In this document: positions 1 to 13,491 of the stretch, piece by piece
Numbering within the stretch: position 1 is the stretch's first letter
How the letters are laid out: every line of letters begins with the position of its first letter
DNA from: Ophelia neglecta
Lineage: Eukaryota
Assembly (NCBI GenBank): GCA_965285935.1
Contig: OZ260665.1
Location: 48,980,001 to 49,044,000 of the forward strand
Length of the DNA stretch: 64,000 nt
Reading direction: 5' to 3'
Made by a program: the position numbers and the translations under genes
Notes under the pieces: model-generated
Database searches by the model: none
What the model was told of the DNA's origin: nothing
What the model saw: the letters and a program-made list of their open reading frames with translations, nothing else

Positions 1-3000
1 CTTCTATTTAAAAGTATCAAAGTAAGGGTGCTTTATGGAGCTAGGACAAGACAATCTTTACTCTAATCTGATTCAGTTTCACACTCCTGATATACAACTT
101 TGATTTAGGGCCTCCCTAAGTAAACTAATTTTGATTGTATTGGGCCAGTGTATTACATTTTCCACTATCTTATCTGATTGTTTCATGGCCCCAGGGGACA
201 CAGACAAACTTTATTACCAACACATACAAGGAAAGCTGCCATATGCCATTCTTGGCACGTATTGGGTTAATTTTTTCCCTATGGGAAATGCCTGGGAGCT
301 GAGAGATAATCTGAAGGCTTGATGGTAGCCAAGTAAAACCTGTAACAGATTTATCTAGAGGCTTATTCTCCACATATCTCCTGCCCGTGAATGTTAGAAC
401 TAGCTGACACACTGGTAGCTTTTTTCCTCTTACCATTTTATCGGAAGACAGAAGTCAATGTTAACATAAATCACATGAACTAGAGTGGCCTCAAATTTTA
501 ATGTTATGGACATGGTCTGCACATCATGTATCATTTCTTGGTACACTCAGTCAGTCAGTTAGCCAACACAAGTAACCAATGGAGAACAGTTAACTGACCC
601 ACTTCATGTTACATTGAGATACTGTCAGGAGTGATGCCAGCCACCCCACAGCTTTGGTTGGTAGAAACTTTGCTACCAGGCAAACATCATACTTCCCAAC
701 CAAAAAGATGTTAGGAACATCTCTCACCTGGCTGGCAGCTCATGTAAGATGTAGGAAACTATTTCAGTATTATACCCTATCCAGAACAGGATAATGAGCC
801 TCTAATATCCCAGACTGACAAGCAGCTTAGCAGCAATCGAGGTAAAGGTATATACATCAAATTCCACCGTCCAACTCAGCCGTCTTTTTAGTGTATGGGA
901 TTGTTAGTAAACTACTCACTGAGATTCAGCAGGTTGGTTAAGCTGTGCAGAGCCTATTTAGGGTGAAATATCACACGTGTCTGTGAAAGACAATTACAAT
1001 TAGACTGCCACACAAAACATGATTCCATTACACAGCCTTCCCTGAGATTTTTTGCTGCCCAGTGCTTTGATGTGCCTCAACTGATGTGCCATTAGATCCT
1101 TATTACTGTCACTGTTAATTGAACTGATCTATGGATCAGTGATAATGGAACAATGTAGGTGTTGCCAAGCAGCAACTCTTCATGGTGCTGAGGAAAATTA
1201 CCTACCCTCACATTGTGTAATCACACTTGAATCAGGCAATCTGGCAGTAAAGAGGTGAGAGGCAACAGCATGGGGAGAATTGAATTCTGTTAAAGGGACT
1301 TTCATCACTCTCAAACTGGCAGTTTTAATGATGAATTGATTGGTAAGAAGTTTTATAATGTATTGTCAAATTTCATCTCTACTCAAATGAACAATTACTT
1401 ACATTTCACTGGAGGTTGCTATCCTCAGAGATGAGTTACAGTTCCGTGCAATATTAAAGTGGCTAGGATCTCTCAAATTAGACGCTAGAGCTGGCTGTTT
1501 TGGCTTTGGTTTCCCTTTCCAATTTGTCTTGTTTTCATAATGCACAGATAGATCAATAGTCAGCCAATAAGTTAAATGGGGAGAGGCAGAGGTCTTCCCA
1601 TTGGAATTTGGCTTGAGCTACTTCACAGCTGGACACTGGCACTTCTATTGGTTCCATGCTGGTCACAGGTAATACAATACGCTGGACGTGATGCCAGGAA
1701 ATGAGAAAAGAAAGTTTGACCAGATGTCTCTAGAAGACCATGTTACCTCGCCAGTCTATTATTTCTCTACAAGCCGCTGCACAAAACAAGGCCAATGTTA
1801 AACAATTACATGAGATGACTTCTCTAACCTAATGCCTACCCAAATTAAATAAAATACTGAATATTGCAAATTTTGCAAAGTATGCTACCAGGTATTCACC
1901 TAGGCAGGGGAGAAATAAATATCATTAGAAACCAGTGGAAGCAGGAAAATCAGGTGATGAAAACTATAATCTAAACTAGGCTTTTCTGCCAGCCTCTAGC
2001 TACAAAACTATGGCATTACTTTCACGTCAAAATTATTCACAACCATCAATAAATTAAGCTTCAAAAACAAGAAAACCATTACCATCTTTTCAAGAGCAAT
2101 TTGCCATTTTAAAGGCAAGCCTGAAAGCATTCACCTATACCAAGAATCAAACACAGGCCGCCGATGAGCTAGGCGAGGATTCTAACCAGTATACTACTGG
2201 CCAGTTAGCCATGATTTCTTACAAGTAATAAACACATGAACAAGTAGAGTGCAAAAATGAATTCTTAACGAATATGTATTAAAGCAAAATGAACATATCC
2301 CAATCTTTCAGCTTGTTATGACTCTACCAGTGTATAGTGTTAGCTGACCCACCACATGTTACACTGATATACAGTCAGATCTGATGTGAGCCACCACATT
2401 TTTGGTTGACATGTACTTCACTATGACACTGCCCCTGTAGGACACTCACCCCTGTAGTCTGGAAGTTTGCATGCCTACAATTCCTGAAAACATTTATTGG
2501 CAGACCAGAGAAAAATGAATTGCTGATCAGATGGAATCCTTTTAGACTAGTCCTAAAACTATAGGCTTGCAAGTATGGTTAGCGTTGAAACTATAGTATA
2601 ATGTTGATTTTTTTCTAGTTGTGTATATTGTTAGCCCTACAATATATTTCCAGTTAAATTTAAAACTCTGTATCAAACCAACCCATGGCTTGGCTACAAG
2701 CTTGTGGGTCATAGAGTATATAGCCTCTGTCTTAGCCAGCCCTGATTAGCCGGATCAGGGAATTTCAGCCTTAGCTTTGGCATTCAACCGCCCACAAATG
2801 TTCAAGAAAGTGCTCAGTACAAACCTATTGAAAAACTCTTTAGTTACCGACTCATTACTACACCAGCCTCAGCCGGAGAATGAGGCGAGGTGATGTGGAA
2901 CTAGGGAGGCTGAGGAGAGCAAGCCCTCAATTTCCTTTCACTTACTATCAGCCAGATAACATTCTGTAGAATTCGCCTGCCTAAACAAACTATTCCACTA

Positions 3001-4358
3001 ATACTGCAAAACAAATGGTGTAGTAGAAAAAATACAGGCGCCTACTGCACCTAAAGTGAATATCAGCTGTTCCCAAAATACTTCACATAGCTGAGCTTAA
3101 TTGTTGCTAGCTGTTCTCAGTAATTTATTAAACATATTATTATTATTATTATTATCATCATAAATAATACTAAAACAGTATTTATTTACGTCATTTGCTT
3201 TAATGACATTTAATGTCGCATACTTCATATAAAAAGAACATGCTCACTAGCACTGTACATAAAGATAAAGTTACTTTTTTAATCCCCGAGTAGCAGCCTT
3301 TCATTGTTATTACACATGATTGCTCCAACAAATGTCTGCCCTATGCTTCCTTTTAAGTACTACTTTATGGTGAAAATTGCCACCGGAGAGACTCCGAAGC
3401 TCCTCCCAGGATCTTACCATGGTAATCTGCCAGTCAGTTTTACTAGATTGGTATTTAAGTGCCCATCCATGATAAATCGGGAAAGCAGAAATAAAGCTCT
3501 GTGGTAAACATTATATGTCAAAAGATCAAAGGTACTATCTATATATAGTCTAACATCAAGTATTGGGAAGCTACAGTTAATAAACACAATAATTCACTGA
3601 TCTCATTGGATGATCTTTGTGCTTTCACACCAATTTTGATCATGACAAATAAACAAGGCATTTAAAAATGCAACCCCCATTCTATCCATTGAAAGGGATA
3701 GTAAATATATTTTTCAGACAGTCCACCCCTGTTTAAGGATAAATAACTAGTCAAAACCCCTGTCCCTCTCCACCAAAATTTTGTTACTGCTCAAAACAGT
3801 TGAAATTGTCCAAAATGGCACAAAAGCAAAAGCTTGTCAAGAAAAGCACTCCTGTCTAAGAGTCTAAGCATATATAACCCGTCCCAGACCCAGCCCTTCC
3901 CCTACACACATTTTATTTGCTCAGCCATTAATGAAAAGCAAAAAAAAGTTGGCAAATAAACATATTCAGATGTCCACCAATAGTTAACCAGTTCATGTTA
4001 AGCCTATAATGCTACTTGCTTGTCAAAGTTAGCTCCATAGCTCTGATACTTTTTGCACAATCTTTTTAAGCAGCTTTTTGAACCATACTGCTGTAGATGA
4101 AGTAGTACAGGCACTACCCTGATGCCACCTGTCTCATACAAATTTCCCAGGCCTATAAACCATACCTGCGGAATATAGTTACTGGGGCCCTAATGACAAC
4201 AGCCTTAACAAAAGGCAAAGGCAGGGGGACGGCAGCAGCAGTGGCACAGGACATGGCCCAGTACATATCCCCCAAATTACGAGTGGGGGGCAATGACTGG
4301 TGTTTTTAGTCAATGATGACTATAAGTCTTGCTTACATTCCTGTCCAGCTTGACGAAA

Positions 4359-4482
4359 CCGGCAGTTCAATGGACTGTGGCTTCTTCAAAAGGCAGTTCA
4401 ATGGACTGTGGCTTCTTCAACTGGCAGTTCAATGGACTGTGGCTTCTTCAACCGGCAGTTGAATGGACAGTGGCTTCTTCAA
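4359..4482. repeat. 31-bp tandem repeat, 4 copies
   Basis: Unit ccggcagttcaatggactgtggcttcttcaa starts at 4359, 4390, 4421 and 4452. Confidence 0.93.
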
Positions 4483-7400
4483 CGGGATGATATATAGGCT
4501 TCCGTTATTGAAATGGGCATTACAGCAGAAATGAACAAGAATTTCCATAAAAGGCAAAAGAGACATAGGTTGTCAACACTGTGTTTTAGAACCAATGTAG
4601 GAGTCAATGAAATAACATATGTTAGGCGACATGTTGATCATTATCTGGTACTTGCACTTGACAAATGCTTATCATGTACAAAAAGTAGAGAATAATTATT
4701 AGTTTTATCCCTGGTGTCCTTATTGCATATTTGGTGTTTTTTCCTTGTAACTTCTCTGCCAGCTAAAATTGATAACTCCAGCCCGACTGTATGGATCAAC
4801 ATCAATGAAAAAATAGTATATGGGCTGTAACATGGGGACCTGGGCGTTTTGGGCCATAAATAAAATGTCCGGGGTGACTGTAAAAAATGCATCCAGAAAA
4901 CCTATGTTATAAAAATTACTCATTACAAAACAAACCAGGTCTATCAATGGACAAAATTAATCTGAAGTATTGGGTGACAATTTAATACAATTATTTTTTA
5001 TTTTTCTTATAATGAAAGTATAGGTAGTACTTCTAGTTCACTTCATACATTTATGTGAGAAATAGGAAATGTATGAAGTCATATCCATCTACATTCACTG
5101 CTTTTAGGGACATGATTAATAAACTTTTTTTCTGTTTCAAATAAAAAGTGTTTTTTACACTAATACGAGATTTTTGCCCCAGTGTGCATAAGCAACAACA
5201 ACCTTGTACAACTTCTCATTGAGGGGCTAACTTTAATGAACTGCACTTTAAATAAATATGTTAAAAGAAAGATATTGCAATCACTGAGACTTTCCAGTAT
5301 AGTGATACATCTCTTTTTGTCTGACAGAATGTATCCTTTTCAAACTGGACAACATGCATTATCAATAACCTTAACCTGCTGGTCATTTGATCCACCATAG
5401 TCTCTCTCTTGCCATTTTATAATTAATTGTCTGACCATCTGGCAACATTCCGCAGCACAGAATTTATCAACAGCAGCTTGACTCGCAAGGTGTGAATTGA
5501 ACGTAATAAATAATCACATACTAGTTCTTATAACTTCAGCTCTAGGTTATTCAATTAATATTTACTAGCATCATGTCTCTCTCTCAACATCTCTGTGAGA
5601 AGAAGTTTCCTGAATGAATAGGGTGTGAAAAAAAAGTCAAGTAAAATTGACTGAGGTGTGATGCACATAGTTTTGTTAGAAAGCAGAGGTACATTGTACA
5701 AACATAAATCTTCAACTAGAGTACCTCATCTTGTTGCTTAACACCAATTTGCCTGATTTTTTAGGCTTTTCAGGCAACAAATGTGAGAGATCCTTGGGGT
5801 TTTAACAGCAAATTTGATCTGTGTTTTCACACTCAATTTTCTTCAGAATATACATGTAACTAATACTGCAGTAAGAGTAACAATAAAAATAGGATTCTAG
5901 TATTTAATATCCTTTCTAAAGGAAGTTTCCATGCCATGCAGCATACTGTTACCAATGGGAAAACATAAATCAATGATAATTTGAGTTTTATCTTGAATGT
6001 TGAGAGATAAGATGAATTTGGTAGCAGGTTTTAGACAAATTCATAAAGCAGCATGCTCATTTGATATCAAGACATAAATAATAAATACCTATGGGTCAAC
6101 CTACACACAATAAACATTTGTTTGGTGAAGACCTTTAAAACATAAATTGTGCTCCACTGCTCTCATAGACAATAAAACCTGCTCAGCATGTGATTTGTGC
6201 CAGCCAACTGGTAATTCAACAGTATTTCAATCTTTTCACCAGTACACAGTAGATAGAGTACCAATGCACATTGAAAACTCTCTCTGAAGTGCACATAATA
6301 TCAAGTCTGTTCTAATCATAATATATCATAGGGTTTGCCACCTACACCCCTCCCACCCATCCCCCTGCCCCCTGTTTTGAAAATGGGTTGATCCATTTGT
6401 GTGTCTAGGGCATGTTATCAACAAAGCCTTATAGAGAGGACACAATTTGACTTTTATTAAGTTTATGTTGTTGTCTATAAATTAAATATTGCTAAAAAAT
6501 TATTTATTTCTAGCCAATGTATCTGTTCTATATTAAAAGTCGGTCCAACTTTCCAAAGAAAAGGGTCAGCAGAGACAGCAATTGAGGGTAGTAGCAGGGA
6601 CATACAAGGATGACTGTAGATGGTTTGGGGGAGGGGGGGATGCCTGGTTGGGGGTTCGATTAATCAATTAATAAATGGGAAGGGGGTATGATGTTGTGTA
6701 GCCATTAAGTTGTTGCCTGGGAAAAAAAACGTGCTGTAAGGAGACCCAGGGGGTTGAAAGTGCATGTAATGAACTTTCCAAACTATTAATGTTGATACAG
6801 GAAAACCTTGCCAATTTGGTGAGAGTCTCACTAATTGGAACATTTTCAGCTCGCGAGCCTTTCCCAGGTTAAGGTATATAACTTTACCCCCAACAATAGC
6901 GCAATCTCCCTCTTCTAGATCTAAGGATCACTAACTTGTACATTTTGTAATATATCGCTGACTAATATGACCTAGCCTATCATATCCCTGTTTTCAATGC
7001 AGGTAATAGCTGTAATGCTATCTAGCACTCATATATTTGATAATACCTGTATACAATGTCATGTATTTGTACCAACAGGCATTTTTATTTTTTCTTTGTG
7101 TTTAACAGGAATATCAATTGGGTAAAATGAGGATTTGGTCTTTAATTGTTTCTCATGGCATTAAAAAAATGATTTGTTCAGTCGAGTAATATAAGTTTCT
7201 TATATGGTAAGAAACATTATAGACCCCTTCATTGATTTAAATGTTATCCTTCTGATAAGATTTACCAGACAAGCATTTGCTTTGACCAATATGCTTTCTG
7301 ACCAGGTCTAAGTGCAATGCCCATTGATCTACAGTGATCTAATATTAGTTCATGAAAAATAGGACCATGGTATCCTTGAGTTATCCTAAAACTGTTAGAA

Positions 7401-9959
7401 AATATGTTGTGTTGGCCATTTTGTCTCTTGATGACATCTAAAATCTGTTATCTGTGCATCCCAAAATTATACACAGACTGTATGCTAAACTTGTATTATG
7501 TAACAAACAAATCCCTTGATTGGTTATTAACAGTATCCTTCTAGAAATGTTGATGGAGCAGACAGAGACCCCTGGACATCCAGTTAACATACTGAATTAT
7601 ACAGTCTCAGGCCTCTAATATAAAATAGTTGCAGATGCTGAGGTACCATGTCACATTTCAGAGCCAAATATAGAGAGGAGTCTATAAACTAAGCCCCAGG
7701 AAACTGGATTGTCAATGATACTATCCCAGGGGCCGATTCCTGGTAACTTAGACGATTCTTGGTAACTCAAATGTCAGGCAATGGACATCAACTAATTATC
7801 TATTACCTAGGCACCTTCATAATGAAGAAAATGCCACTGGCAAACACAGAACAGCATAAACTGAGTGTATCCTATGACGTCTGTCTGTGGTCACTGTATT
7901 ACATACAGTAGCTGCCAGGAGCAGATTGCTGTCTTCACATTCTCATCTGCTCAATGATGATCAGGTTTCACACAGCTTAACAAATAGGTTTCAAACAAAC
8001 CTCCAAACAGCTAGCAGTTTTGCAAGGATTCGTATTATGTCTTATAATAGAAAATATATATTAAAAGGCACATCTACGCAATAGCATGTACCTTCATACA
8101 TGTATATATTAAAAGAATGCCATCTATTGTATCACATTTACCCAATATGACAAAAAATAATAATTCATTTATTCATTCCTTCATTCACTCACTACATCAA
8201 TGGTTCACATCATGTGTCCTTCAAATCTTTACATTGCTACAAGATTAATAGCAGCAGGTGCACTGTCAACATTATTTTCGATTATCATTTCTTTGGGCCA
8301 ATATATAAATTAGATTTCAATTCATAATTAATAAGCTGGTGTGTGTAATGTATCATTGGCTTCAGCCTTCCTTGTTCTTTACTCACTGTTTATAATGTAC
8401 ACTGTATTGTACATTGTTACAGAATATGTACCAAGTAATGTTAATCATGCCACTAAATACATGTACATTTATCTGCTGGAATCAAACACTGAACTGAGGT
8501 GTCTGATGAAAGATCAAAGTCAGACTAACTATCAAGTCATATTGAAGAAATCCTAGTATGACAACTTTTATTAAAAAAAGTTTCATAGTAAACCATTCTC
8601 AAACAGTTGGGCACAAGTTCTATATTCATGTATGATATAAAGGGTTATTTGGAGATTACCCGGTACTTAGATACACATACATGTACATGTATTTATTTCA
8701 TTATGCGAACAATGAATCCATTTATTATATGAATGTCCCAAAAATTACAGAAAGGATTTCAGAAGTTGGAAAATGTCAAATACAGTACATCCTAAACAGA
8801 CATAATCAGTACCATGTTAGCAAATAATTCATGGTGTAACTGCTTCAAATTTTTACTAAACATTCCAGTTCCAGTTGTGCCTGTGGAACTTTTTCAAATT
8901 ATGTAGAATGGTCCATATAATACATGTGCATGTACCTGGAAAACCTATGAGCATCTGCTAAAATATCAAGATAAAAAAGGCCCGTAGTGGGATTTTTTAT
9001 GGCAGAGGATGCTAATGGCTGTGTTTTTCTTCTACCCTAGCCAGTTTATTGACAGTGAATAGGGCATAAAATCTTGCAGAGCGTAACTTTCAAGGACTTG
9101 TTTGCTTGCATTGCTTAATGTTCATTTTTACACAATCAGCTTCAATATTATTTTTTAATCATTGTTATTTATGTCTGCCAATAGTAGTTAATTACTGTAA
9201 TAAGCAATCTAAATAAACAAAACAATGAAACTCAATATTGTACGTGTACCTCTGACCTGAAGCAGACTTACGGGGAAACAAACATGAGGGCACTGCTAAA
9301 ATATGGAAACTCAATGTTCATGGAACTTTGTGTTGCACACCACATAATTACCTGCTTGGTATTAAACATTGATTTAAGGGGGTTGGTCAGCAGACATGCC
9401 AATTTAGACGAGGGGGGAGGGAGGGGGAGTATATGCCAAAGCAATGCAAAGGGCAGGCTATAGACTCGAGTTACGAGTTACCCGGGGAAGGACACTCTGA
9501 CAGACTGCTTAATTACTGACTGAAAAGGACCAGCTTGGTGCATGGTAAACTTCCCTCGGCTCATACTGTATGAGGCAAGGTGAATGTAGAGGATGGCATT
9601 ATGACACAAGAAAAATAAATACTGAATAAAAGGGAAGTAGACATGCCTGAACCCTTCCACTGGAAGCATAAAACTTCATGGCAAGCTAGTTTCAGTTCAT
9701 GACCAAACTTAATACCACACTAGACATAATACCTCAACTGTTAATCAATCATTTCAGCTGTCTTGGGAAATCATGGTCATATCATAAAAAATAGAATCAC
9801 TCCCAAACTCCTAATGGTCATTTTTTCATATCGCAAGGTTCTATGAAAAAAATAATTCATAACCTTAGGGCATCATTGCTGACAATGACTAATTTAAGCT
9901 CATTCTGACCAATATTGGTAAAATACTGATTTTTCTTCTTATGGATTGCTCATCCTTAT

Positions 9960-9985
9960 AACCAACCAACCAACCAACCAATCAA
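9960..9985. repeat. (ACCA)n microsatellite
   Basis: accaaccaaccaaccaaccaatcaa. Confidence 0.85.
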
Positions 9986-11466
9986 GATATAGTGAATAAC
10001 AATTGTTGATTTGAGAATGCACCTACGTCTATAGTTAGCCAAATCATTATTTTAAATGTTAGTTTAAAAGGCTACCCTGGTTACGTTTATTGGAAATTGG
10101 CATAAAATTAAAAGTGGAAATTGCCAATTTTGTTTTCCCCTGGTCAGGAACATGATCCTACTGTTGAGTTTCAAATCAATCTTACTACCCTTTGTCAAGT
10201 TCCTGCACCACTTTTCTTCTTCATTTTTCCTTGTGAATTTTTTCCTTCTGTCTTGTCAATGACTTGTCCAAAACCTTTTGTAAACCAACACACCTCAATG
10301 ATACCAGGACCCTTTCAGGAGCTTCAAGAATCTCAGTTCATTTTTAATGTCAAAGTTCACTTATGCACAGTTAGCCTAAGGAAAATATGTGAAGGCAACT
10401 TAAGGCTGTCATTTTAAGGAAATATAGCAAGCACTGTTTATCATTAATTTGTCTCTAGAAAAAAATAATGAAACTGTTCAAGATCAGGACTGTTGTAAAT
10501 TATATAAAATTCAAGAATACATCTATAGTCTGATGATCTGATATTAACGCTCCTGAGCAGACTGCACCACTATAATCCATGATAACAATTTGTCAAAGAG
10601 AGGAGACCTTTAAAATGCATCAGGTATAACTACCGGTAATTTGGTGGTGCCAGGTGGTGAGGCCTTGAAGGATTGCCAGAGCCAGTGAGAAGTTCCAGGC
10701 ATTGTTACACCTGTCTCCTTAAATCAAAAGCTGACAGGGCAGCCCTGTCCCCCTAGAGCCCAAATCATGAAAAAACCATGTTTTGCATAATAAGTGAACA
10801 CAACTTCATTTGTAAAACTATCAGAGCATACCTTCCCATAGGTTTTTTTCAGTAATAGACATAAGTCAAGGACAAGCAGCATGGACATGTATACCTCCAT
10901 CACATTATGTAACCAATACATCCATGTAAGAGTATCTGGTGGCTTTTTTCTTTCTGGATCAACCCGGTGGTATCAAATATGCTGGTATTAGTGACAACCT
11001 AAAAGCTTATTAGTGATTTAGACATTATTGCACTAATGAAGTTGTCTTAACAAAATGGGGTCACAGAAAAACAACTAAAAATACCTCCGGTGCCTTGTGA
11101 ATGAAGAGAAGAGATCATGGAATGTTTTTAATACTTTAAATACCAACAGGCAAAGTAAAAATGCTCATTGAATAATACATTCCCTGCTTTAGGGAATGTG
11201 ATCTCACGTCATCAAAAAAGATGCCAATCTGCCTTGAAAGAAGTGATATCACATATAAAAGTAGTTTTGACTGAAAGTCTATATTTATGAGCACTCATTG
11301 GATACCTACAAATTAGGTTTCAAAAAATAACTTACAACTCTGGCAATTATGTTCTTGTCTGGATAAAGATGATCATTTTTTACATAGGGAAATGTATTTT
11401 TGTCAAAGTTTCTATAAATATCTCAGTATTATAGCACACACATTGCAGACAATGTTTTGAGACAAG

Positions 11467-12105
11467 TATAACCGTGTTGATTTAAGTTAATTGTTGTTGG
11501 CCAACCTTATGGGAAGATTATATCTAGTATTTAGTTTAGTTATTGCTATGTGCCAGGAGTCTGTGAAGACAATGGGTTATCTGCTTTAATCGTGATCTGC
11601 CATCATCAGTGGCATATCTGGCATGTTGGCACTGGATAAGCTGGGATTGTAATTATTATATCTTCTCTTTTATCATTATTATTATTATCGTTTGTATGTA
11701 ACAGCTATGGTGGCAATGCAACCAGATTGGCTCCGATTAGGTAGATGTCAATTGCTGTCTGTATTTATATTAATTGCCATTGCTTGTAATAATTGTTTAG
11801 TGTGACACCTGGCAGTGCCCTATATAAACTGTGGTTAGATACTAGTGCGGTAGACTGGATTTCACCTCTGCAGGACACACATCTCTGGATCCCAGAGACA
11901 GGACCGGCCACTAGCCAGGACCTCCAGCCTTTAGCTCGGATTGCACCTGCACTGGACTGCCAGCTCTGTCTGTGACTCGTTTTCTATGCTTAATATCCAG
12001 TATTGTATATAAGCTACATCCCCAATAAAGTAAGTGATCAGTAGGAAGCCTCGAGTTGTTGTTATAACCTGGAATTGGAGCGGGACGCAAGGGACCCCGG
12101 TCATA
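11467..12105 (+). repeat. 5' LTR (639 bp)
   Basis: By eye identical to 13492-14130 except T11727 vs C13752. Contains TATATAAA (11821-11828) and AATAAA (12024-12029). Confidence 0.96.
11821..11828 (+). promoter_or_regulatory. LTR TATA box
   Basis: ccc-TATATAAA-c lies about 200 bp upstream of the LTR AATAAA, the usual U3-R-U5 layout. Confidence 0.7.
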
Positions 12106-12107
12106 TT

Positions 12108-12125
12108 TGGTGTGAGACGCGGGTT
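12108..12125 (+). other. Primer-binding site (tRNA-Leu-like)
   Basis: TGGTGTGAGACGCGGGTT starts 2 nt after the LTR end. It begins with TGG (complement of CCA) and resembles the complement of the tRNA-Leu 3' end (TGGTGTCAGAAGTGGGATTCGAAC) with several mismatches. Confidence 0.8.
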
Positions 12126-12281
12126 TGAACACTTTTCAGCTGTTCAAATCCCCAAACCTCTTTCTACAGAAGCGAGCAGACTCCACCATCACAGTGTTCT
12201 ACATTCCCAAAACTTCATCTACATCAGATTTAGACAATTCAAGTATTTTGTAAGTACTATCGGACCATTATTATAGCAAAC

Positions 12282-13418
12282 ATGGTTGGTCACATTGCAA
12301 CCTCCCAAAACCACTGCCACAGTCACTGTCAAGGAGCTGTCCCTGCATGCTGCAATGGTCACCACTGCTGTGTGCCTCAAAGTCTTAATGTGCCATGTGT
12401 GAACCAAGTTGTGTTGAGGAAAAAGAAGTCACCATCTACAGTAAGAAGAGATATTGCCAGAAAGCAAGAGTTTATGAAAAGGAAGTTTCAAACGAACAAC
12501 AGCCAAAACAAAATAAGCGAAAAAGCAGGTCAGAAATTAAAAGAGGTCATAGCTTCAAAGAATATAGAGATTGAAACGTTGAACCAGATACAGCAAAGTG
12601 CAAAAGTGACCAATGAAGCGACAGTCCAGGAATTGAAAAACCTGCTGAGGAACCAGAAAACTGTGATCGAGCACCTACAAGAAGACAAAGCAACAAGTCT
12701 AAAAGAAGTAAGCATATTAAAAGAAGAACTGGAATTTTTTCGGATGGGCTCAGCATCAGTGGCCTCCCTGCAAGAACAACTAGAAGAAGGCAAAACCAAG
12801 CATGAATCCTACTGTAAATCGCTCCATGACACACTAGACCATTGCAAGCAGGAGATGGCTAAACAAGGAAATAGCATCCAAAGTCTGACCACAGATCTCA
12901 ACGCCCTTATAACCAAAGACCAAAAATCTTTGTCAACAATACAACTTTTAACCACCAATGTGCAAGAACTAAGGCAGGTATTAGAGAATGATAAAGAATT
13001 TGAACGCTTGTTTAAAAATATAAAAGAATTTGATACAGAAATTTTAAAATATAGAGACGATGCTGATTATGAAAGTAAACATTTAACCTCTTTGTATAAC
13101 AAACTTATGGGAGAATGGGTATATTTTATGTCAAACTGGGATTTTATCCATTGTAACCATAAATCAAGCTATGAAAAACCATTGTGTATTTTGGATGAAG
13201 TGACACAAAATCTAGAGTATGTGAACGTGTTGGGTAACTCTTACCACAAATATTATCTGGTAGAGCCCACTTGTGGCTGTCCTCCAAAATGGTATGATGA
13301 TGTGCAAATGAGTAATCAAAAACTTATCAATGAATATCAAAAAAGGTATGATACCAAAATTCGGAAAAACAGTCGTTATTGTTCTGCGAAACCAATTTTT
13401 ACCAATACAAAAGTCTAG
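12282..13418 (+). CDS. 378-aa protein of unknown family: Cys/His-rich N-terminus, basic RKKKSPSTVRR motif, long coiled coil, aromatic/Cys-containing C-terminal domain
   Basis: By far the longest ORF in the window, with a strong context (gcaaacATGG), filling about 82% of the 1,386-bp internal region. No CCHC knuckle, D(S/T)G protease, YxDD RT or integrase motif seen. Confidence 0.85.
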   Translation: MVGHIATSQNHCHSHCQGAVPACCNGHHCCVPQSLNVPCVNQVVLRKKKSPSTVRRDIARKQEFMKRKFQTNNSQNKISEKAGQKLKEVIASKNIEIETLNQIQQSAKVTNEATVQELKNLLRNQKTVIEHLQEDKATSLKEVSILKEELEFFRMGSASVASLQEQLEEGKTKHESYCKSLHDTLDHCKQEMAKQGNSIQSLTTDLNALITKDQKSLSTIQLLTTNVQELRQVLENDKEFERLFKNIKEFDTEILKYRDDADYESKHLTSLYNKLMGEWVYFMSNWDFIHCNHKSSYEKPLCILDEVTQNLEYVNVLGNSYHKYYLVEPTCGCPPKWYDDVQMSNQKLINEYQKRYDTKIRKNSRYCSAKPIFTNTKV

Positions 13419-13476
13419 TTAATGCACTGAAAATTTTAGTTCAAAATTGATTTTTAGACACGGGAGTGTCTTGCTT

Positions 13477-13487
13477 GAAAAGAGAGG
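13477..13487 (+). other. Polypurine tract
   Basis: GAAAAGAGAGG lies 4 nt upstream of the 3' LTR. Confidence 0.85.
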
Positions 13488-13491
13488 CATA

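Noticed and set aside
4359-4482. 31-bp repeats as a CRISPR-like array
   Set aside because: The units are directly abutting with no unique spacers, the context is eukaryotic and there are no cas genes.
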